From the NCBI GenBank assembly GCA_050331735.1, contig JBHJGN010000061.1, positions 1 through 53,555 of the forward strand: DNA of 53,555 nt. Direction: 5' to 3'. The notes under the pieces were generated by a model. It was not told the origin of the DNA, searched no databases, and was given only the letters and a program-made list of their open reading frames with translations. Position 1 is the stretch's first letter, and the number at the start of each line of letters is the position of its first letter. Position numbers and translations under genes: made by a program. Positions 48,187 through 53,555 of this stretch are shown in pieces. The stretch is from Cyanophyceae cyanobacterium (GTDB lineage Bacteria; Cyanobacteriota; Cyanobacteriia; Cyanobacteriales; JBHJGN01).

Positions 48187-49065
48187 ATGCTACCCGATAC
48201 CCTCAAAAAAGTCATTACCTATACCATACTGGAGATACAATATCGGTTTACTATCCAAAGTCGTCTGAAGCAAATCCCGATCGTTCAAGAAATAGCTCGT
48301 CTTCAGGAAAAAGAACGGTATCAGAATCCTCACAGCCTGCTTCCTTTTGGAGATAAACTCTATTCCCAAAGCGATGAAGACGGAATTATTAGAGAAATCT
48401 TTAAAAGAATTGGAGTGACCAATAAAGTATTTGTAGAATTCGGGATTGGTAACGGCTTGGAAAATAATACCCTGGCTTTGCTTTTTGATAATTGGAGAGG
48501 ACTCTGGATTGATGCTTCTTCCCGCTCTATCCGTAAAATCAGAAAACATTATTCTCAGATTATTGATAGTGGTCAGCTAGAAGTCATTCAGTCTTTTATT
48601 ACGAAAGACAACATCGACCAGCTAATTTCTTCTAAAATTAAGCATTGCGAAATAGATTTGTTGTCGGTAGATATAGATGGCAATGACTATCACATTACCG
48701 AAGCAATCTCGTGCATTGTCCCTAGAGTAATCGTTATTGAATACAATGCTAAGTTTACCCCGCCAACTTTATTCTGTATGGACTACGATGAAACTCATAT
48801 TTGGGAAAAAGACGATTGCTTTGGGGCTTCTTTGAAGTTTCTAGAAATTAATCTAGCTCGAAAAGGTTACTGTCTCGTCGGTTGTAATCTTGCTGGTGTT
48901 AACGCCTTTTTCGTCAGAGAAGATCTTGTCTGTAATAAATTCTTGACTCCCTTTACGGCTGAAAATCACTATGAGCCTGCGAGGTACTATCTTTCTGGGT
49001 ATTTTGCTGGTCATCCTGCTACCTATAAAACCTTAGCAAAATCCCTAACCATGCGCTCTCCTTAA
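48187..49065 (+). CDS. FkbM-like SAM-dependent methyltransferase-fold protein
   Basis: YSQSDEDGII, FVEFGIGNG, WRGLWID, DLLSVDIDGNDY, VIVIEYN, NAFFV; visibly AT-richer than its neighbours. Confidence 0.65.
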   Translation: MLPDTLKKVITYTILEIQYRFTIQSRLKQIPIVQEIARLQEKERYQNPHSLLPFGDKLYSQSDEDGIIREIFKRIGVTNKVFVEFGIGNGLENNTLALLFDNWRGLWIDASSRSIRKIRKHYSQIIDSGQLEVIQSFITKDNIDQLISSKIKHCEIDLLSVDIDGNDYHITEAISCIVPRVIVIEYNAKFTPPTLFCMDYDETHIWEKDDCFGASLKFLEINLARKGYCLVGCNLAGVNAFFVREDLVCNKFLTPFTAENHYEPARYYLSGYFAGHPATYKTLAKSLTMRSP

Positions 49066-49213
49066 GGGAGCTATTTTGTTTGCTCAGCAATGGTTAGATG
49101 CGGTTAGTGGCCCTACTTCGGTCTGCCACTGGTTGTTTGAGCAGATACTATAGTGGAACCTGTCGCAAGCTTACTGCTGGGAGCCTGCTTTTCTAGGACA
49201 AATCAAGAAGCAG

Positions 49214-50137
49214 TCAGTGAGACTTAAGCATTTTTGCTATTGATTGAGCAATCATCCTGGAGATAGAAACGACCTGTAGCTTAGCGCCGTGCTGCTTGAC
49301 CAAAACTGTATCTGTGACGAAAATGTGGTGCAGGTTGCTGTGACTAAGCTTTTCTAGCGCATCGCCGATTAACAGTCCGTGAGTGGCAGCAACGGTAAGC
49401 TGAGGACGGGCACCCGCTTGGAGTAGAGCTTCAATGCTGCTAATCAGCGTACCGCCAGTGGCGATTATGTCGTCTACAATCAGGCAGGTTTTGTCCTGAA
49501 CCTCCCCAATAACGTGAGTAATTTCTGTTTGTGTGCCACTTTCCCGCTGCTTTTGCAAAACCGCTATTGGAGCGCTGAGCTGTTGAGCAAACTGAAGCGC
49601 CATTGGGATTCTGCCGCTATCAGGAGAGACAACAACAAATGGCTGTGGAATAGCTTCAAGCGCTTTGTAGAACACTGGTGCAGCGGCGAGGCTATCGACA
49701 GGAATATTAAAAAACCCTTCAATTTGGGGAGCATGAAGATCGACTGTCATCAAGTGGTCAATTCCTCCCGCCTCCAGCAGACGAGCAACCATGCTGGCCA
49801 TAATTGGCTGACGGGAACCCTGACGTTTATCGGCCCGGGCATAGCCAAAGTAGGGCACCACGGCTACAATCCGGCGAGCAGAGGCCCGACGACAGGCATC
49901 CGCCAAGGCTAAAAGCTCTATCAAGTGTGAATCTACCGGGGGGGCAGTCGACTGGATAATAAAAATTTCCTGCCCTCGTACAGACTGATGAAGCTGTACG
50001 GAAATTTCGCTATCAGGAAAACGCTTAATCTCGCAATTGCCTAGCTCAACGCTAAGATGGGAGGCAACTGCCGCAGCTAATTCGCGGTTAGCCGTTCCTC
50101 CTAAAAGAGTAAAGTCATTCACGCTTTGTTGGTCCAA
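49214..50137 (-). CDS. prs: Ribose-phosphate pyrophosphokinase
   Basis: RFPDSE, VPYFGYARAD, DLHAPQIEGFF, VSPDSG, VDDIIATGGT, ATHG. Confidence 0.9.
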   Translation of the reverse strand: MDQQSVNDFTLLGGTANRELAAAVASHLSVELGNCEIKRFPDSEISVQLHQSVRGQEIFIIQSTAPPVDSHLIELLALADACRRASARRIVAVVPYFGYARADKRQGSRQPIMASMVARLLEAGGIDHLMTVDLHAPQIEGFFNIPVDSLAAAPVFYKALEAIPQPFVVVSPDSGRIPMALQFAQQLSAPIAVLQKQRESGTQTEITHVIGEVQDKTCLIVDDIIATGGTLISSIEALLQAGARPQLTVAATHGLLIGDALEKLSHSNLHHIFVTDTVLVKQHGAKLQVVSISRMIAQSIAKMLKSH

Positions 50138-50478
50138 GAGAACCGAACGGAGACGGTATTTTGAATGAGTGCTAACACCTGGGGAGCAGGAGAGGCGATC
50201 GCTGTGAGATTAATCGCTAGGCAAGCGCTGCCTAGCGATAGTAGCACAAAGGTGACCGGAGTAATAACACCAATGAGCCACCAGGTGCTGACGTGTAGAA
50301 ATAGAGTCAGAGCGACAAGAGTGCCGCTAATTGAGGTGACGCGCAGCCAGTAAGGGCGCTGGAGCAACAGCAGCAGCAGGGTACTAGACGTGGCTAGAAG
50401 GTTAATGGGGACTAGCAGGGCACAAATCTGTACACAGTAGCTACGCGAGAATTCCAATAGGGGCGTTAAATCAAACAT
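50119..50478 (-). CDS. Small membrane protein
   Basis: Three hydrophobic segments; EFSRSYCVQICALLVPINL, LHVSTWWLIGV; overlaps the prs start. Confidence 0.75.
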   Translation of the reverse strand: MFDLTPLLEFSRSYCVQICALLVPINLLATSSTLLLLLLQRPYWLRVTSISGTLVALTLFLHVSTWWLIGVITPVTFVLLSLGSACLAINLTAIASPAPQVLALIQNTVSVRFSWTNKA

Positions 50479-50790
50479 GCTTTAATCGTAGAATCATTAT
50501 TTAGCAATCTCAGTAAATTTTCTGAAATTTTAAGATTAGGAGCTCCTCTCTTTAGTGTTGAGAGAGAGAAACAATCTCGCTATAATGATTGGGTAGCTCG
50601 CTGTTGATATGCTAAGAGTATTTTACTCTTTTTGGTTCTTCATCTTTTCTTAAGAAAGATGTCGCGCTTAGTCAACCTAGAGATATTGACCTGGGGAGAA
50701 CAGAATCTTCCCAGTAGTTTTATGGCTGTTTGGGGAACATCCAGCTAGTCACAGCTACAGATTGAACATACATATACAGGAGGAAACAGT

Positions 50791-50967
50791 ATGACCCAAG
50801 TGGTCGTAGGACAAAACGAAAACATTGAATCAGCATTACGTCGTTTCAAGCGTCAGGTATCGAAAGCAGGCATCTTTGCAGATATCAAGCGCCGTCGTCA
50901 CTTTGAAACTCCCATAGAAAAGCGCAAGCGTAAAGCCGTTGCTCGACGCAAGAAACGCTATCGCTAA
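50791..50967 (+). CDS. rpsU: 30S ribosomal protein S21 (58 aa; below the ORF-track cutoff)
   Basis: Translated by hand: [67 protein letters not shown]. Confidence 0.96.
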   Translation: MTQVVVGQNENIESALRRFKRQVSKAGIFADIKRRRHFETPIEKRKRKAVARRKKRYR

Positions 50968-51187
50968 GGCTTAGTCAGACAGAAAAGGACGGGGGATTAA
51001 GCGAGCTTTTCATTAAAGCAAGCATTCAACCCATTAATGATTGCAAAAGGCGAGAGCGTCTACGGGGAGCATCTAGCCTACTAAAATCTGAGCTAGCGCT
51101 GCTTCCCGCCTCATCGGAAGGGCGTTTAGGTGCTGAGAGGAGGTTTAATCCTCCTTCCTCAATTTTCTAAAAATCTACAGCTTGCAA

Positions 51188-52051
51188 CTACTTCATAATC
51201 TGCCGCATCATGCGGTTCGCCTGAGCACCATAGCCACCGCCAAAAAGATTAAAGTGGTTAAGAATGTGGTAAAGATTGTAAACCGTTTTGCGCTGCTGGT
51301 ATCCTTCATCAAGCGGCCACTGGTTGCTGTAGCCTCGATAAAAAGCCGCCGGAAAACCGCCAAACAGTTCGGTCATGGCAATATCTACCTCACGATCGCC
51401 CCAGTAGGTCGCCGGATCTAAAATAATGGGTTCGCCGGACTCGGTAACAGCCGCATTCCCTGACCACAAATCCCCGTGGACGAGGGAAGGTTGAGGATTT
51501 CTCCGGGCTAGACAAGCTTGAACAGCCGTGATCGCTTCACCGAATTCGGGAAAGTTTCCTCCTCGTCGCTGCGCCAACCGTAGCTGATAGCCAATCCGAT
51601 GTTCAGCAAAGAAATCAGCCCAGCTATCCGTCCAGGTATTGATTTGTGGGGTGGAACCAATAGTATTATCCTGGTCCCAGCCAAATCGGGAAGCGCCCTG
51701 AACTCGATGCAGACTGGCTAGCTTGCGCCCCATTTCTGCCCAAGATTCGGTCGTGCCGCGACCAAAATCGAGCCACTCCATCACAATATAGCTAGAGCTA
51801 TCGGCCACTCCCCAGCAAATTGGTTTGGGAACCCGAATGGTGTGGGTAGCAAGCATTTGTTGCAAACTCAAAGCTTCTGAGCAAAACATCTCAGCACGTT
51901 CAGCCTGATTGAGCTTGACAAAGTAGGTGTTGCCGTTACCCACCAAAGCGTATCCCTGATTGATACATCCTCCACTCACAGAGCGGTAGTTATCAATCTG
52001 AAAGTTGGTGGCGGTAGTGTCCGAGATCTGCTGTGCAATTTGCGTCCACAT
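51188..52051 (-). CDS. Fructosamine kinase family protein
   Basis: SVSGGCIN, FVKLN, LVHGDLWSGN, LDPATYWGDREVD. Confidence 0.92.
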   Translation of the reverse strand: MWTQIAQQISDTTATNFQIDNYRSVSGGCINQGYALVGNGNTYFVKLNQAERAEMFCSEALSLQQMLATHTIRVPKPICWGVADSSSYIVMEWLDFGRGTTESWAEMGRKLASLHRVQGASRFGWDQDNTIGSTPQINTWTDSWADFFAEHRIGYQLRLAQRRGGNFPEFGEAITAVQACLARRNPQPSLVHGDLWSGNAAVTESGEPIILDPATYWGDREVDIAMTELFGGFPAAFYRGYSNQWPLDEGYQQRKTVYNLYHILNHFNLFGGGYGAQANRMMRQIMK

Positions 52052-52079
52052 TGTCTATCTCAACGATCGGGTAAGCTGT

Positions 52080-53342
52080 CTACTCTGGCTTCATCACAAC
52101 GATTCCATAAGCATCAGGAGACAAATGCCGTTCTGCCGCCGCCTGGATATCTGACGCTTCTAAGGACTGAATCTGAGCGGGATACTCGAGGGCAGGAGTG
52201 AGGTCTTGGAGCTGAGAATAGTAGTATCCATAAAGGTTCGCGCGATCACTGGGTCTCTCGTTACTGAAAATAAAGCGGTTTGCTACCTGAGTCCGGATGC
52301 GCGCCAGTTCTGCTTCTGTAACGGATTCAGTTTGAATCGTGCGAATATGCTGAGCGATCGCCGCTTCAACTGGGGAAACATTCTCGGCAGGCAGTTGAGC
52401 CGATACATAGAACACCCCCTGAATGCCTTGAGTCATGTTGCTAACCCCAACATGAGTAACCAATCCCCGGTCTTCCCGTAAGTCCCGAAACAATCGAGAC
52501 ATTCTGCCCTGTCCGAGAATGACGGCTAAAACATCGAGGGCATAGGTTTCGGAGAGCTGCATCATGCCCGGAACTCGCCACATCATGACCAATCGCGCCT
52601 GCTGTAAACTCTCGTCGGTAAATTCTCGGCGAACCACTTGAGAGAAAGGCTGTTCTGGCTGACGGGAAATGGGGAGCTGAGTTGGTTGACTAACCCGAGA
52701 CACTGCTTGTGAAATAATGTCAATGAGTTCGTCTACTGGCAAATTTCCCACCACCGCTGCCGTCATATTTGGCGGCTGATACCACTGAGCATGAAAATCT
52801 CGCATCTGCTGAGGAGTTAGCTGCTCGATTACCGAAGCTGGACCCAAAACCGGACGGCGATAGGGCAACTGGTCAAAACAGGTTTCCATCGCTCGATAGA
52901 AAGTACGGCGGCGGGGATTATCCTCTGAGCGGCGAATTTCTTCTAAAATGACAAGTCGCTCTCGCTCGAAGGATTCATCCGGAATACTCGGATTAGAAAC
53001 GACATCAAGCTGGAGAGGAGCTAAATCCGGAAAATCTTTGGGAGCAGTGGTAATGTAATAGTGTGTATATTCCTGGCTAGTGGCTGCGTTGGTGACCGCG
53101 CCTCGTTCTTCAATCAGCCGCTCAAACTCCCCGCTGCCTAGTTGAGGCGTTCCTTTAAACACCATGTGCTCGAGAAAGTGAGCCATGCCGTTAATACTGT
53201 CTGTTTCTAAAGCCGAGCCAACATTAAGCCAAATATTGAGGTTAACGGCATCAACTGGCATCTGTTCTGCCACAATTGTCAAACCGTTCGGCAGGGACTG
53301 GACTGTTGGCGCATTCAAAACCGGATTGAGCAGGGTTGTCAT
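52080..53342 (-). CDS. M16 (pitrilysin/insulinase) family zinc peptidase
   Basis: Inverted zinc motif HFLEH, NAATS, ERERLVILEE, SRLFRDLRE. Confidence 0.93.
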   Translation of the reverse strand: MTTLLNPVLNAPTVQSLPNGLTIVAEQMPVDAVNLNIWLNVGSALETDSINGMAHFLEHMVFKGTPQLGSGEFERLIEERGAVTNAATSQEYTHYYITTAPKDFPDLAPLQLDVVSNPSIPDESFERERLVILEEIRRSEDNPRRRTFYRAMETCFDQLPYRRPVLGPASVIEQLTPQQMRDFHAQWYQPPNMTAAVVGNLPVDELIDIISQAVSRVSQPTQLPISRQPEQPFSQVVRREFTDESLQQARLVMMWRVPGMMQLSETYALDVLAVILGQGRMSRLFRDLREDRGLVTHVGVSNMTQGIQGVFYVSAQLPAENVSPVEAAIAQHIRTIQTESVTEAELARIRTQVANRFIFSNERPSDRANLYGYYYSQLQDLTPALEYPAQIQSLEASDIQAAAERHLSPDAYGIVVMKPE

Positions 53343-53426
53343 TAAGCGTGCTTTTGATGGGGATTACCTTCTCTATGTTAATCAGATTGCCCCTGAGTGA
53401 GAAATTTGCTGCTGAGCATCAACTGA

Positions 53427-53555
53427 GTGACGTACTCCAGAAGTTGACCGCTTAGGCGGTACAACGCTGGCTTCTCCTCCCTTGACGGGATTCGCGTTTT
53501 ATAGTGAGGCGAACGCCCAGCCCCACTTTTTGAATCAGTACAGCCGAGTTAAGAT
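53427..53555 (-). mobile_element. Right end and tnpB 3' end of the same IS200/IS605 element (second copy or contig overlap)
   Basis: Identical to positions 1-129. Confidence 0.9.

Overview
A 53.6-kb piece of cyanobacterial chromosome (abundant HIP1 GCGATCGC, psaK, a cyanobacterial-type LexA box before recA). It starts with a complete IS200/IS605 element (divergent tnpA/tnpB) and ends with an identical 129-bp copy of that element's right end, so the contig probably breaks at a collapsed IS repeat. Core genes include pnp, upp, ald, tlyA, psaK, folE, accA, recA, pdxJ, uvrB, prs, an M16 peptidase and rpsU (not in the ORF track). Accessory content: (i) a fused olefin synthase Ols (FAAL-ACP-KS-AT-KR-ACP-ST-TE) with a coupled unknown partner gene and a structured leader; (ii) an orphan hphB/hphCD-like pair (LeuB-like plus LeuD-LeuC fusion) split by a nonsense-interrupted coiled-coil gene; (iii) an N-terminally extended, divergent sedoheptulose-7-phosphate cyclase (MysA/DDGS-like) followed by a glycosyltransferase-like gene and a methyltransferase-like gene instead of mysBCD, which is the best candidate for an undescribed pathway; (iv) an OrrA-like regulator with stress/lipid genes that share a candidate operator about 23 nt upstream of -10 boxes; (v) a 7-bladed FG-GAP propeller next to a GT-C-like membrane protein; (vi) dispersed G-rich MITE-like repeats and several long intergenic hairpins. 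All assignments come from reading motifs by eye; no database searches or folding programs were run.
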